DNA of 64,000 nt, from NCBI RefSeq assembly GCF_009914755.1, contig NC_060939.1. One strand, written 5' to 3'. Below are positions 15,544-34,851 of the stretch, one piece after another. Within the stretch, counting starts at the first letter, position 1, and each line of letters starts with the position of its first letter. The translations under genes were made by a program, and so were the position numbers. The DNA is from the human T2T-CHM13v2.0 reference genome, Homo sapiens. The notes below the pieces were generated by a model. That model was not told the origin of the DNA. It made no database searches and was given only the letters and a program-made list of their open reading frames with translations.

Positions 15544-17369
15544 GTTTTCTGATTGTTTCTTTTCCTTTTCAGTTGGGAAAGACTTGAGCAGGGTGATGTT
15601 TGGGTTTCCAGCCTTAGGCCGCAGCATTAGGGAATTTCAGAGTTAGCAGGGGCTGCAGAATCATCCTATCTGTGCCTCTAGGGCATGCTCCTGGAGAGCC
15701 AGGAGTCGGTGGGAAGGATCGGCCGATTCATTGCTTTTTATTGAATCTACAACAGCCCAGGCCCCTTGGCCTCCCACTGCTGTCGGCAGCAGACAAACAC
15801 AACCACCCCCGCACCTGGCCTGGGAAGGGTAACCGGAGCTCAGGGGTGGGCAAGGCTGGCTGGCTCTGGGGGCCTTAGAGAAGCGGTAGAAATCCAGTGG
15901 GTAGAAGGGGCATTCCGGCAAAGGAGAAAGGGCCACGCTGAGTGGCTGACGCTCTGGGGCGCTGGGGAGGAGGCAGGAAGCTGCTCTGGGGTCCGATGGT
16001 GGAGGAAATATTAGAGATTCTTTTTTAGAGAAGTTGACTTCTGTAGTGATGCTTGTGTTTTTTTCACGTTTTCCTTCCCACCGCAGGGTCTCTTGTTTGT
16101 TTTGTTCTTTTTCTTTGTTTTGTCTGCTTTAAGGTAGACTAGTGTCTTGTTCAGGCCCGGAGGCTTGTACTTGTAGCCAGAGAAAGATGGGTTGCTGGCG
16201 CAAGACGTGGTGGGAGTCTGCTGAGATGTTCCGGGCAGGTGTTGGCGAGGCCTGGAGGAAAGGCAGGAGCTGGGACGGTGGTGGATCTGCCTCCTGGCAG
16301 CCCACTGGAGATAGAGGCAAGCAGGAGGGAGGAGACTGGGGATCCCAGGATTTTGCCAAGAGGGTGGGGGTCTCTCATCAGCAGGGGACAGGGACTGTGC
16401 AGGACGATGTAGCCTTCGTGTACCTTTCTAGGGCTGGTGGGGTTCTCTCCAGGTTGTCCCCCACTGGGCTACAGAAAGGACCCCATTCCTCTGGGGGCTG
16501 TCATGCCCTTGAAGAGGGAAATGTCAGTTGGAGAAGCAGAAGGTGTGGGAAGAAGGACCACAAATGGGGGAGACCCCCCGTTCCCCAGGCCTGGATCCGA
16601 AGAGGGATCGGATGCTCCAGGGCTGAGGCCAGGAGAGGGGAGGCAATGATCACGGGGCGTGTCCCAGATGGCCGGAGTGTGAGCAGAGGGCCCTGCTGCT
16701 CCCTGAGGGTAGGGCGACCGTGGACCCCAGCATGGCCAGGTCAGCCCTAGTTTACTCTGTTGTTCTGGAGTAATTATGACTTTGACTCTCAAAAGTGTCT
16801 CAGTTTGGACACTAAATTACATGATAGCTGTAGAGAATTGGGACACAGCAGGGTCACTTTATTAGTGGAGCTGGTGGCTGTCAGACGGGCTTGGCCAGAG
16901 CCTGCAGGAGCCTGTCCTCTACCCTTCACCACCAGCCCAGCGGCTGGGGCCCGGCTTAGGTCACAAAGCCCGGGGTGGCAGCCAGGGAGGGCCACCGTCC
17001 TCTATCCTTCCTCTTGCTGCCTGTGGAGAGTCCCCTGCAGGCCTGTCCTTCCTCCTCAGCCTGCCCTGGCCTCACCCTTGCCTCAGGCATTTCCTTGGGC
17101 GTGAGGAGAGCTGGACACGCCCTGAAGGCTCAGCCAGGTCCTCAGCCCTTCCTGGTGGCACCATCACCCCAGGGAACTCCTGGGGTATTTTCCGCGCCCC
17201 TGCCCCGCCCCACCACCCTAGCTGATCCTTCCTGCCTCTCCTCCTTCGCCTGGGACTCTGTGCTGCGCACTCCTGGCTCTAACCCCCTGTGCCTCTGTTC
17301 CTCGGCCTGGCACTGCCGTCCCCATTTTGGCTCCATCCTGGGTCCTGCCCCTTGCTAGGCCTCTGCCTG

Positions 17370-18834
17370 TGAGAGGTGACAGCGTGCTGGCAGTCCTCAG
17401 AGCCTTCGCTTGCTCTCGGCACCTCCTCTGCCTGGGCTCCCACTTTGGCAGCATTTGAGGAGCCCTTCAGCCCACCACTGCACTGTGGGAGCCCCTTTCT
17501 GGGCTGGCCAAGGCCGGAGCCCACTCCCTCAGCTTGCAGGGAGGTGTGGAGGGAGAGGCGCGAGCGGGAACCGGGGCTGCGTGCGGCGCTTGCGGGCCAG
17601 CTGGAGTTCCGGGTGGGCGTGGGCTTGGCAGGCCCCGCACTCGGAGCAGTCGGCCAGCCCTGCTGGCCCCGGGCAATGAGGGACTTAGCACCCGGGCCAG
17701 CAGCTGCGGAGGGTGTACTGGGTCCCCCAGCAGTGCCAGCCCACCAGCGCTGTGCTCTATTTCTCACCGAGCCTTAGCTCTCTTCCCGCGGGGCAGGGCT
17801 CGGGACCTGCAGCCCGCCATGCCTCAGCCTCCCACCCCCTCCGTGGGTTCCTGTGCAGCCCGAGCCTCCCCGACGAGCGCCGCCCCCTGCTCCACGGCGC
17901 CCAGTCCCATCGACCATCCAAGGGCTGAGGAGTGCGGGCGCACGGCACCGGGACTGGCAGGCAGCTCCACCTGCAGCCCCGGTGCGGGATCCACTAGGTG
18001 AAGCCAGCTGGGCTCCTGAGTCGTGGGGACGTGGAGAGTCTTTATGTCTAGCTCAGGGATTGTAAATACACCAATCAGCACTCTGTGTTTAGCTCAAGGT
18101 TTGTGAGTGCACCAATCTACACTCTGTATCTAGCTCAAGGTTTGTAAACACACCAATCAGCACACTGTGTTTAGCTCAAGGTTTGTGAATGCACCAATTG
18201 ACACTCTGTATCTAGCTGCTCTAGTGGGGCCTTGGAGAACCTGTGTGTGGAAACTCTGTATCTAATTAATCTGATGGGGAGGTGGAGAACCTTTGTATCT
18301 AGCTCAGGGATTGTAAACGCACCAATCAGCGCCCTGACAAAACAGGCCACTCGGCTCTACCAATCAGCAAGATGTGGGTGGGGCCAGATAAGAGAATAAA
18401 AGCAGGCTGCCCGAGCTCGCATTAGTAACTCGCTCGGGTCCCCTTCCGGATTGTGGAAACTTTGTTCTTTCGCTGTATGTAATAACTCTTGCTACTGTAG
18501 CTCGCTTTTTGGGTCTACGCTGCTTCTATAAGCTGTAACATTCACAGGGAAGATCTGCAGCTTCACTCCTGAGACCACGAGCCCACTGGAAAGAACAAAC
18601 AACTCCCGAAGTGCTACCTTATAGAGCTATAACACTCACCGCGAAGGTCTGCAGCTTCACTCCTGAGCCAGGGAGACCACAAACCCACCAGAAGGAAAAA
18701 ACTCCGAATACATCTGAACATCAGGAGGGACAGACTCCAGACGGGCCACCTGAAAAGCTGTAACACTCACCGTGAGGGTCCGGGGCTTCATTCTTGAAGT
18801 TAGTGAGACCAAGAACCCACCAATTCGGGACACA
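17370..18834 (+). mobile_element. Solo ERV9 LTR (LTR12 family, probably LTR12C)
   Basis: Starts TGAGAGGTGACAGCGTGCTGGCAG and ends AAGAACCCACCAATTCGGGACACA; GC-rich U3, 41-bp CCAAT repeats, GATA and AATAAAA; imperfect 4-bp flanks CCTG/CTTG. Confidence 0.93.
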
Positions 18835-21084
18835 CTTGGACCATCCGCTTCCCAGGAAGCGTCAGCCCTGGGGTGCCCATGCCCAGAAGTCCACTCCAGC
18901 CCTGATAGTCGCCTCCCAGCTGAGCCAGGAACCTGGGGCTGAGCTCCATCCTCAACCTTAAAAACTTGTCATCTCACCTGTCCCGAGGATGTGCGGTACC
19001 TGCCCTACTTCTACCATCCTCACCCTACTCTTTTCCTGGGCTAGCGTTATGATGTCTAAACCTATCTATCATCCCGTTCTGTGCTCTGTATATTCATTTT
19101 CCACATTACGTAAAATGCAGGTCTGGCTAAGCACCCTCCACATGGACAACGTGGGCCCTACTCTCCACAGACTCCAGCCACCTGCGACCCCTTCTGCCTC
19201 ATGCTACGTGTGATCACAGCCTTTTCTCCTGTTGCTATCCTGACCGAGATGCTCCTCTAACAAGCTTGTCCACCCTTTCACACCCCTCAGCACACGCCCT
19301 GGCTTCATGTGGCCGCCTGGTACCCTCCCTGCCGTTTCTGCCCAGATCTGTTCTGTGCCCAGCAGGTGTTATTGGCTTCATCTACTTGCAGGTCTGTCCT
19401 TACTAACTGGAACACCCCCGAGGGCAGGAACGGTTTACCCCAGCATGGAGCACAGTTCGGGGCCCTAGGAGGAGCTCAGAGGACCTGTGGGAAATGTTCC
19501 CATGGGCAATGACTCCCTGAATGTAACGTCGTATGTCACCTTGGAGGGAAAGACCCCATAAAAACCTAATCATATTCAAGGGTAAGTGCCAGCTTGGCTC
19601 CCCAGGCTATTATTCAATCTGAAGGTTTATGTGCAAAGCACAGGAATGTGGGGCTGGAAGCCACATGGGCAAGGGCAGACCAGCCGGGCATGGCGCCCCT
19701 GGCGGGTGCCTGATTGCAGCAGCGCAGACCACGCTGTTGGCCCCCCCCGCTCCATTTTGGATCGGTTTTTTTTCTTCTTTGATCTGTGAGAGGCCAGGGC
19801 CCTAAATGCATACCAGGGGAAGGGGCTGCCTCTTGCTAGTTCCCCCACCTGCAGTGCTAAGCTAGAGGGGCGTTTGTGCATCTTTCATGGAGTGGCGCCC
19901 CCACATCCGCCATCTCTCTCCCTGTCCCCACAGGAAAGGAGCTTGGCTTTCCTGGGTACAGCCTAATGGTGTTGGTGACTGGGGTAGGAAGGGGACTCAG
20001 GTAAGTAATGTACCCACTTGCAGCTTTCCCCCAGCCAGTCACGTCCAGCCAGGCACAGCCACTCATGGGGCCCAGTCGTGTCCTATGCCAGGCAGAGGGT
20101 GGCAGGAGAAGGGAAGGGGCTCTGGCAGGAAGGACGGGGGAGCCCATGGGTGGTGAAAGCTGATGACAAGCTGCCCACGTGGGATGCCTTCCATAGGAGC
20201 AGGCCCTCGCCTATGGGGGTTTCCAGAGGGAGACCCAGTTCCTGCTCACAGGCCAGCTGCAGCCCAAGCAACGTGGTATGCACTGATAGGAGCTGGTGGG
20301 GCAGAAACCTGGGACCCACCCCCCCCCCCCCCGCTTCTCCGCCACAGGCAGGGACCCTCTCACCTTGGAGCTCGAACCCTCCTCCATTCCCTCATTCTAA
20401 AATCTCATCCCTACCAGCTCTAGCCTAGCTAATTTGTCACTCAGGCTTCAGGGCTCAGCTGAGATGTCACCTTCTCTGAGAAGCCTTCCCTGAAGCTTCC
20501 CTATCCCTGACCACCTAGATCTGGCTTTGGGGCCCTGCCATGCATCTCTGCCACCCGTGTTGTTTCTCTTGCAGCTTCTATTGTATCATGTTCTCGTCGA
20601 TTCCTCCTTATCCTGACTGTGAGCCCGAGAGGGCAGGGACCAAGGTCCTAATGTATCCCAGCGGAGCGTACACATAGTAGGTACCTACGTCGTGTTGGTT
20701 GACTGAAAGTCTTCTCACCCAGCAGGAGGCAGGCAGTGATGAGGGGACCTCAGAGGGGTGCTCTGGACTGTTACCTCAGAAGAGGAACTATGCAGAGCGG
20801 GGCGGGCTAGCTGGGGATGCAGCTCAGGGAGGAGACTGACCTACCATGACCATCCCACACCTCCGCAGGCACCAGGGCTTGCCCCCTGGGTCAGGGCATC
20901 GGACTGTTTAGATGCAAAGAAAGAGTCCTGGGCTGGGAGTCTGGAGCTTCCAGTCTGTTTTAAGCGGTGTGTTTTAGTCAAGGCATTTTTACACTCTCTG
21001 GACCTCTGTCTCCTCAAATGCAAAATGAAGAGCTGGACCGGAAACTTTTTCTCGTCCAGTTCCAGTAGCTCATCTTTCTGCACG

Positions 21085-21300
21085 AAGGATATGGGCTCGG
21101 AGTCGGAGGAACTGGGTTCAAGAGCTGGGGCTCCACTTACCAGGTGTAAGTCCTTGGCCAGGTTACTTAATCTCCCAAAGCTGCAATTTTCTCACCTGTA
21201 GAGCAGGACTGACAATCATTAGCTACCTCTCAGATTCTTGGGATTAGATATGCTTTCAGGTGAAAACACTCCATACGCTAAGGCACTATGTGAATGTTGG
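21085..21300 (+). mobile_element. MIR
   Basis: CTGGGTTCAAG..CTCCACTTAC..CCTTGGCCAGGTTACTTAATCTC..TTTTCTCACCTGTA. Confidence 0.65.
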
Positions 21301-21319
21301 TGGTGGTTGTTGTTGTTTT

Positions 21320-21870
<551 letters not shown>

Positions 21871-23235
21871 AGTGTTGTATTCTTGGTGGCCAGCTCAAAG
21901 CCTGGCTTGTCTTAGGCCCTTGAAAGATTTATTTGCTCAATAAATAAATGCTAAATGAGTTGAATGGAATGAATGAATGAACTCCACTTACTTAGCAGGG
22001 CAAATAAGGTAGACTGGGTTGGAGGGACAGAGGGAAGTGTGGGAGGAGGCAGGGAGCAGAAATGCCGCGCGGGCTGCGGCAGGAGGGAAATAAGGAAAAA
22101 AACAACTAAGGGCAGTGAGACAAGGCCACTTCCCAATCCTTCCTGGGCGAGATGCCTTGCAGGGGCCCCTGTGTCTGAGCCGTCTCCCTGGTCATGCTCT
22201 CCTCCACTTCTCACACCCCCTGGCGGGTCAGCAGGCGGAGGAAGGAGGGCTGGCTGCAGCCAGGCCATTCTGGTTTGTTTACCAACAGCACAATCCTCTT
22301 GGGTCATGACACAGTCAGCAGCATCTGACCCAGTTAAATATATCTGCTCTACTGGCCTGGACCACACAGCCAGCCCCTGCAGGCCATGTAGACCAGGGAC
22401 CACCTGCTTATCCTTCTGGCTTGGCGCTGGGCCACCTCCTGACCCCAGAGCCCTGTGTCCCCAGGGAGCAAATGGCTGATCTGGGTCTAAACTAAACTGC
22501 AGTCTCTAGTTGAACTCATGTAGATAGTTTCATCTTGGACAGAATCGGAGAATTTAAGAGGAGAAAACTATTTGTCCAGCAGTAAACAATAAAATGGTTC
22601 ATCTCCCTTGGACGGCATATTTGCAGTCATGAATGTTTATGAAGAGTATTTGCTAATGTTAAGAAACATTTTAATCTCTTTACATAACTATTAATGTTAT
22701 TACTGTAGTGTTAAGTGGGACAAAAAGCACACAAAATTAGACATATAACGTGAGTGTAATCCTGTTTTTTAAAAAGCATGTAAATGTGTCTGGAAGGAAT
22801 CTTAAACTGTCAACATAATTTGCCTCCCAGGAGGGGAACCGGGCTCCAGGGGATGGGATGGGAGAGAGACTTTCTTTTTATGCCCTTTTTGTATGTTTTT
22901 AATTTTGAACTGTGCAAGTTTATCATGTATTCATAAGTAGAGAAGTAAAAAAATAGATCTGACAAAAAGCTTTTATGCCAAAAAGAGAAGGTCCACAAAT
23001 AACACTCAGAGGGTAAAGAGGTGCTCACTTTGGTGATGGGCGGTGAAGAGGGGCTCCCTTCTCTACCGAGAGAAAAGCTGGTCCTATGCCCAGATAAACC
23101 AAAACATCAGCCTTACAAACCGGTGCAAGTGATTATCAAAGCTCAGCATCTGAGGCATAACAAAGACATACCTGCTTTAAAATATTTCCCCATGGCGCCT
23201 TAAATTGCAGCCTTTGGAGTCATTCCTTAGTCTGA

Positions 23236-24900
<1,665 letters not shown>

Positions 24901-25927
24901 ACACTTGAGCTGTAGATTGTATCACGATAAGAGGTATCCATTATGCTTGGAGAAATTTAAAAATGAGATAAAGGGTATTCTGGAATAGGCTGTTCATATG
25001 CACTAGAAATAGAAAGGAATATGAGAAGTAGGATATGCTAGAAATACAGAAATAAAATGACATAAAAGAACTTAGAAATCATTCATAATTCCACCATCTA
25101 GGAAAGCTGACTTCCTTCTAGTGCTCCCTCTTTGTGCCCTACTTTTCTCCTAAGAGTATATTCTGAGCATTTTCCCATGATACCAAATATTCTTGAGAAT
25201 GATTTTTAATGACCACCTAATCATTCTATCATAAAGATATGCAAACATTTATTTCACCAGTCCTATGTTGTGAGGCTTTTGGGTTGTCTCAATTTTTTGC
25301 TAGGTTCAATTATGCTGTCACGGACTTTTCGTCCAAGTTGCATGTAACGGAAAACCGAGTTCAAACAAGCATGAAGCAAACAGGAGTCAGTGGTGAAACC
25401 CAACAGTTAAGAGGAAGGGAGCTTTGGGTAAGGCTCAGTCAGGGATCCTGCTCCATTTCCCTGGAGTTTGCCCTTCTCTGTTGGCAGTGGTGCCCTCAGG
25501 CTGGCTCCTCTGCAGCCCTTGGGTGATAAACTTTTCTGTTCATGACCATGGGAGTGGCCTGTTTTGCTCTGACTGGGCCACCTGATGAAAGGTTAGGGAT
25601 GAGGGAGGGAAGCTAGCCCTGACTGCCTTGGGTCTGGGTTCCCTGTCTGTCCTTGAGCGGGCAACTGTGGCAAGACGTAAGGGTGGCTGTTGCGTGATGT
25701 CGGGGGTGGGGGGAAATTTTGAGGAGATAACCAAAGAACATCCTCTGGCTACTCAGAGAGGGCCTGTAGACCAGCAGCCTCCACATCACCTGGGAGCTTA
25801 CTGGATATGACTCCCAGACCTAGCAGATCAGTCTGCATTTTTAATAAGAGTCCCAGGAGACAGTTCTCACATTAAAGTTGAGAGGCCCTGCCCTCTGGCA
25901 CCCTTGTGTAGGGATCCCTGAAAATAG

Positions 25928-27088
<1,161 letters not shown>

Positions 27089-27239
27089 CCTAAAAAATCT
27101 TAACATCATTGGTTTTAATTACCAATAGGTTGAAACATTTGAAACTGCCACATTTGTAAGTAAAAATAGTCATATGGTAAGAGAGCAATTCCATGTTGTT
27201 CAACCTACTTTTTCACTACATTTCTGGCTGCATTTTCTT

Positions 27240-28680
<1,441 letters not shown>

Positions 28681-29148
28681 AGAGCTACACACATTCTTTG
28701 CCTTTTTGAGTGATAATGATATTGCAATATCACTTTCTATAAAAATAATAGGAAGAAAATGTAGTCCTGTGTTTTAGTACATGGGTATAAAATGTTTGAT
28801 AGTTTTGGAACGTTTTCCATAGCCACCTCTAACTTACTCGCAGATACTTGTCCAGGCTGGGCCTCACTCATTGATCTCTGCAGGTGTGGTCCAGCCAGCC
28901 AGGTGCTCATTGCTCCTGGCCCTCAGCCCCCACCGTGCCGATCATTGAGGGGTTCATTGGCAATAAAGCTGGGGTTGTGGTGGTCCAGATCATTCTCCTT
29001 GAGGTCAACTTTGAGGTCTGGATGTTGGATGAGGCCCACTAGGGGCAGGTGTCACTGGAGGTAAAGGGACAGCCCTAGGACCACCTCTTCCAAGGCGCAG
29101 AGGGTGTCCCCCAGTCTAGAGCCATGCTTCATGCCACATATGCAGAGG

Positions 29149-29149
<1 letters not shown>

Positions 29150-29180
<31 letters not shown>
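29150..29180. repeat. (CA)n microsatellite
   Basis: Seen directly. Confidence 0.97.
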
Positions 29181-29182
<2 letters not shown>

Positions 29183-29321
29183 CTCTTGAAGATTAAGCTA
29201 CAATGTTTCATTTATTATAGCTTAGCCAACTTTAGCAATTATGTGAAAACAAATTTCACCCAGTATGACAGGAAATGCTAGGAATCTCCTTGTTTTATTT
29301 TGCATTTATTAATGAGGTTGA

Positions 29322-29735
29322 TGTGATGGTTAATTTTAGGTGTCAACTTGACTGGATTATAGTATGGGGCCCACGTAGAACAAAAAGGCAGAGGAAAGGC
29401 AAATTCCCTCTTTTCTAAAGTGGGGACACCCTCCTTCTCCTGCCGCTGGACATCAGGGCTCCGGGTTCTCTGGGATTTGGACTCTGGGACTTGCACCAGA
29501 GGCTCCCTAGGCTTTCAGGTCTTCAGGTTCAGACTGAGAGTTACAGCACTGGCTTCCCTGGTTCTAAGGCTTTCAGACTTGGATGAACCATGCTGCCAGC
29601 TTCCCTGGTTCTCCATCTTGCACACCACCTATCGTGGGACTTTCCAGTCTCTATAATCATGTGAGCCTATTCCCCCAGTATGTCCCCTCTCATATATCTA
29701 TATCCTATTGGTTGTCTCTCTGTAGAGCCCTAATA
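29322..29735 (+). mobile_element. MLT2 (ERVL) LTR, internally deleted
   Basis: TGTGATGGTTAATTTTAGGTGTCAACTTGACTGG...CCTATTGGTT..TCTCTGTAGAGCCCTAATA. Confidence 0.8.
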
Positions 29736-30064
29736 TGGCTGAACATTTCCCATGGCTATTACCCATTTGCATGTGTGTATATTTTCTATTTATGTACAGT
29801 GCTTGGCACAAAGTGCTTTAAAAAATAAATCTATAGTGTTTTAGCCCACTTTCCATTGGAGTGTTGTGTCCGGACTATTAGCTGTCCATTCAAATCTGTT
29901 CTCTTCTTCCCTAATTACATGGCAGCCTCCTTTGGAGTTAGATAGGTTCTTAGGTCTAAAGTTCTCTCTGATAGTGTGTGAGCCACTTAAGGGTCTAAGT
30001 CTTAAGGCAATACAGTAGGTGGATCCCCTCCCCAGTCTTCCCCTCCCATAGAACATTTCATTTT

Positions 30065-30378
<314 letters not shown>

Positions 30379-30652
30379 TAAACCAGTAATGACCATGCTG
30401 ATGAGGACAAAAGCATCAAAACAGCAGAGAAACAAGATGGAAAGAATGTGGGACCTTCAATGATCGTGTAGAGCAGATCCAAATTCAAACTCTTACATGT
30501 GAGAGATAAGAATTTATATCTTATTTAAGCCATTAAATAAGATATTTAAGCATTTTGGGGTCTGTTACAGCATCATGTGTTACCCTAACCAATATGAACA
30601 ATGATATTAATTGGTCAGAGGGCTTATGGCCCAACCAGTGGACAGACACTGC

Positions 30653-30716
30653 AATTACTCCCTAGGGATGACCAGCCTAGTCCAAATTACTCCCTAGGGA
30701 TGACCAGCCTAGTCCA
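30653..30716. repeat. Perfect 32-bp tandem duplication
   Basis: AATTACTCCCTAGGGATGACCAGCCTAGTCCA x2. Confidence 0.95.
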
Positions 30717-31202
30717 ATAAAGATGAGGCATGGGTAGTGGAGATGAAGTGCAAAGACACTGGCTTTTGAGCTTGCCCATTTCATTTTCACTGCTCCTACT
30801 AAAATCCGGTGATGGACTATACTGACTTACTCTGCCTGCAGATGGAGTCCGAGAGGGAGCATGCACCAGTCTACTACCTAGACCCCTTGGCAGAACTTTT
30901 CCTAGATGTGCAAGGTGATCTATACTTTTTTTTTTTTTTCAAAGAATGAAAAAAAGGAGTAAAATCAACAAACTTTATTGAACTGGTTCAAACCGGAACA
31001 CCCTTATCTAGAACATGTTACTTTACTTAACCAGAACTGTGGTACTGCGGCCCAGCAGAGGGCCACAGGCATCCGTGGAAAGCATGCACTGAAGCTCAGT
31101 TACTTAATTCCTAGGACATCCTACAATCCTCCTCTGAAGTTCTTTTTGTTAGCTCAGAAGTTCTGAGTTAGTTAAATGATTTCCAAGCCCCCAACAATTT
31201 AG

Positions 31203-31565
<363 letters not shown>

Positions 31566-34500
31566 TTAAGAGGAGCAGCTATCTCATCATATAAATACAA
31601 AAACACTGAGGCAGCTGGCACTGGCACTGGTACTATTCAGAGCTTAAGAACTGTGGCTGGAACCCCAGCACTATGGTAGAGGCTGATCAGGGAGGATTGC
31701 TTGAACCTGGGAGGTCGAGGCTGCAGTGAGCTGTTATTGCACCATTGCACTCCAGCCTGGGTGACAGAGCAAAATCCTGTCTCACAGACAATTTGTGGCA
31801 GTGTAGCTGTTGGCATGATTTAATCCAGGGGAAACAGTAGTACGTCCCAGTGGGCCTGAGAGCACCAGATGCCCACATGACCCCAAGCCCTTAGGAAAGG
31901 TTAAGGTATGTTCGGTATGTTCTGTTTAGCCATGCAGTGACACAGTATCCTTAAAAGAGAGTTCTAACCAAGCCAAATTCTGGTGCTTAGAATACCGGGT
32001 TAAAATGTTAGCCCTCTGAAAGACTTAGCTATTCAGAAAAATTCTAGGTAAGAGTTTATGCTGCTCTTCCCAATTCCACCGGGCCGAAGGCAAACTAAGA
32101 CTGCTGAAGCTGAACTGCACTGACAATCCATTGGACCTGAACTCTCCCCACCACTCTGCTCAGACATCCCCAGGTAACTGGCACCATCTCTTCAAGGGTG
32201 CAAGGCATGGAGCAGCATAGGTCTTCTGAGACCTCTCATCTGGGAAATGGGAGGGGAGCTCCTTTCTTCTCTGGCAGCCAGGAACAGCTTGGGGGGTGGG
32301 CCTCTAGTTCAGGGTGGGGTTTGTGGTGATGTGCTGGGGGGGTGGTAGGAGGGTGGAACATTCTGAGCTGAGGCCGGGCATTCTCTCCCAGAGCTGCTTT
32401 AGGGGGGCATCAGCTGAGCAAACTTAGAAAACTCCCCACCACCTCCAACTTTGAACCTCTGTGCCCCCTTCCTTCTTCCCCTGAGGCTGTTGCCAAGTCA
32501 GACCCAGAGGGGCCTCCCCAATCCTTGGGCCACATATTTACCTTTGAGATTTGTGTGCCAGAACAATGAAATCCCAAGTGGCAGGAGAGCAGAGGCCTTG
32601 TGGGCACTCACAGATGCACATTCCATATGCCTTTCTGGAAGAAAGAACTCAGCTCTCTAGGAAGGAGGTAAGAGTCCAGGAGCCTCTCCCTCAGGAATCC
32701 TTGTTTCTCACCAAAGGTGCCAGGAACTGTAGGCAGGGATTCTGTGAGGACTGTGAAGTATCTCAAGCTTTGTAATTCTCTGTATACAGTATTGTTTTTG
32801 CCTGGTGTCCTTGTTGTGATGAGCAAGAAAATCCTTAATTTAAAAAAAAGAAAAGCATGATGCTCACTTCTGGCAGCAGCTAGGAGAGAACCAGGAGTCC
32901 ATCCCCCAGCAGCTTGCCACGGGGGTGGGGGTTGGGGGAGAAACTGGAGCGAGAGAGTGGGTGGTGGCAGTTTTGAAGAGGAAAGGGAAGCCAGCTAAGT
33001 CCCAGGACCTGAAGCAAGAAAGAAATGAGGGCGCAGGAAGAGGCCAGATAAGGGAGGCACCCAGCTTCCTCAGGGTCCTTTGATGAGGCAGTGGGCCGCC
33101 TTAGTACTTGGACACACAATTTCGTGACAACCGGACGTCTCTGCTTTCTCTAGAACACAACCTGCCTTCTCCCTACCCCACCATCTAAGTGGTCTGAATG
33201 TGCACCATGAGGCTGGCTGAACTGGGCACCCATGGTCAACACGCTGCCTCCCCAGTTGGGGGTTTCGCGACTCTCTGGTAGTCTCAGAGAAGCGTGGGAG
33301 AGCAGCCAAACGGTCTCCATGCCCCCTGAGAGGGGCTTAGGAATTAGTTGAGAAAGATGACTGATCCAGGAGTCTGGTGGTCACAATAAAAGGACACAGG
33401 CACAGGAAACACTGAGTCCAGGGGTCACAGACTCTTCATGACATATTGCATCTTGGTGGAGGCCACACAGGAGAGGGACAGTAGCAAATCTGAGGCCTTC
33501 TCTCATACCTAACATGCCCAACAGAGGTGCTACCCAGGAAGTGATGGAGAAAATGATGAACAGTTAGTTTAAAAATGAAAAAACAAAACAAAAATGGAGA
33601 AAACATATAAGGGATTGAATTTCTCTAGAAATGCTAGGATTTCATTTTCTGTCATCAGGTGTATTAAGCTGGGTAAGAGGAAAAATAAAGTATTTCCTGC
33701 ACCGGGCTTCCTGGCTGGGGTGCGGGCATATAAGCAAAGAGCAGAGATTTTTCCTGCTTGGCAGGGCTGGAAGGCACCCTAGGGCCTTGTTATTCCAGGG
33801 GTAGTCCAAGGACTAGCAAGCAGCATGGCCATCACCTGGGATCTTCTCAAGAAACTCAGTCTCAAGCCTCAACCTAGACCTTCAGAAACAGAACTTGCAT
33901 GTTATGATCTCAAGGTGATTTGTGTGCACATTAACACTGGAGAAGCGTTGCCTTAAGGGACAATTCAGGTTTCAAATTACTATCTTTTCTTATGAAAAAT
34001 CTTTACATAGCATGTAAAGGCAGAGCTGCTTAGTTCTGATGTTGGTTTATTCTGTGTGAGGCCTTGGTCAAGTTCACCAGCAAGATAAACAAGATCCAGA
34101 GTATCTAGTAATGTACTTGATGTCAATGAAGAAAGGCTGATCCTTGTGACTGTGGTGGGCATCAGCTGCCCAGGAGCCAGCCCACCCTGACCAACAGCGT
34201 GCAGGGTGAGCAAGGCTAGGGAGGCCACACAGCCAGCATACTTGGGAACCACATGAGCCCTACCCAAAAGTGATACAAGAGCTTATCAGTGTTTCACCCA
34301 GTCAGAGAAACGCTGGCTGCCAGGCCAGGCTGGGAACTAGGGCTCTTTTCCCAACTATCACCAAGGTAAGTTTTCACAGCCTGGATGTCTCTGGCATCCT
34401 TAGGAATGTATTTCACCATTTTCTTTCATGATTCTTAAGAGTGCAGCTAACTTTGAGAACACTGCCACTATTAAGATGACCACTATGTAGCTCTGCTTAA

Positions 34501-34845
34501 TGGCGCCTAGGCCAAGCCGCCCACACCTCAGTCCTGGGGTCTAAGTCCTGAGTCATAAAGAGCCCACCATGGAGACAAGGGCGTTGACCACTGCATGTCA
34601 GACAGTTGGTCAAGCTTCCTTTCTGATGGCCAGAGGCAAATTCATAAGCCCAATCAATTCTGCTACTAAGGAAACACCCACAGTCCACTCCTTGTCCCAC
34701 CAACCCCTGTCCTCTCTGATCACAGGCGAGGGCTCTGCTTTCCCTGTATCCTGCCACATCCACCAAGGGCTCTAGTTTGCCTCCAAGGAGGGGCAGCTGC
34801 AAAGACCACAGACACCTCAATTTACATAAAATTATCTCACTCCAT

Positions 34846-34851
34846 TTTATT
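34846..34851 (-). terminator. INO80: INO80 poly(A) signal AATAAA
   Basis: TTTATT on +; upstream UGUA elements and downstream GU-rich GTGTCTGTGGTCTTT; gives a 3'UTR of about 1.3 kb. Confidence 0.8.

Noticed and set aside
16142-16750. 202-aa plus-strand ORF
   Set aside because: Non-ATG start, G-rich composition, no family resemblance or exon structure.
17279-18081. Several 130-160 aa ORFs
   Set aside because: All within the GC-rich U3 of LTR12; typical artefacts.
18045-18330. 41-bp periodic repeats superficially like a CRISPR array
   Set aside because: Known LTR12 enhancer repeats with no unique spacers, in human DNA.
28840-29110. Coding-looking minus-strand stretch (..LPLVGLIQHPDLKVDLKENDLDHHNPSF..)
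   Set aside because: Interrupted by stops and I cannot match it to a protein; a tblastx search would be needed to call it a pseudogene fragment.
32860-32878. Resemblance to the U6 snRNA 5' end (TGCTCACTTCTGGCAGCA)
   Set aside because: Similarity ends after ~18 nt with no CATATACTAAAATT continuation; chance match.
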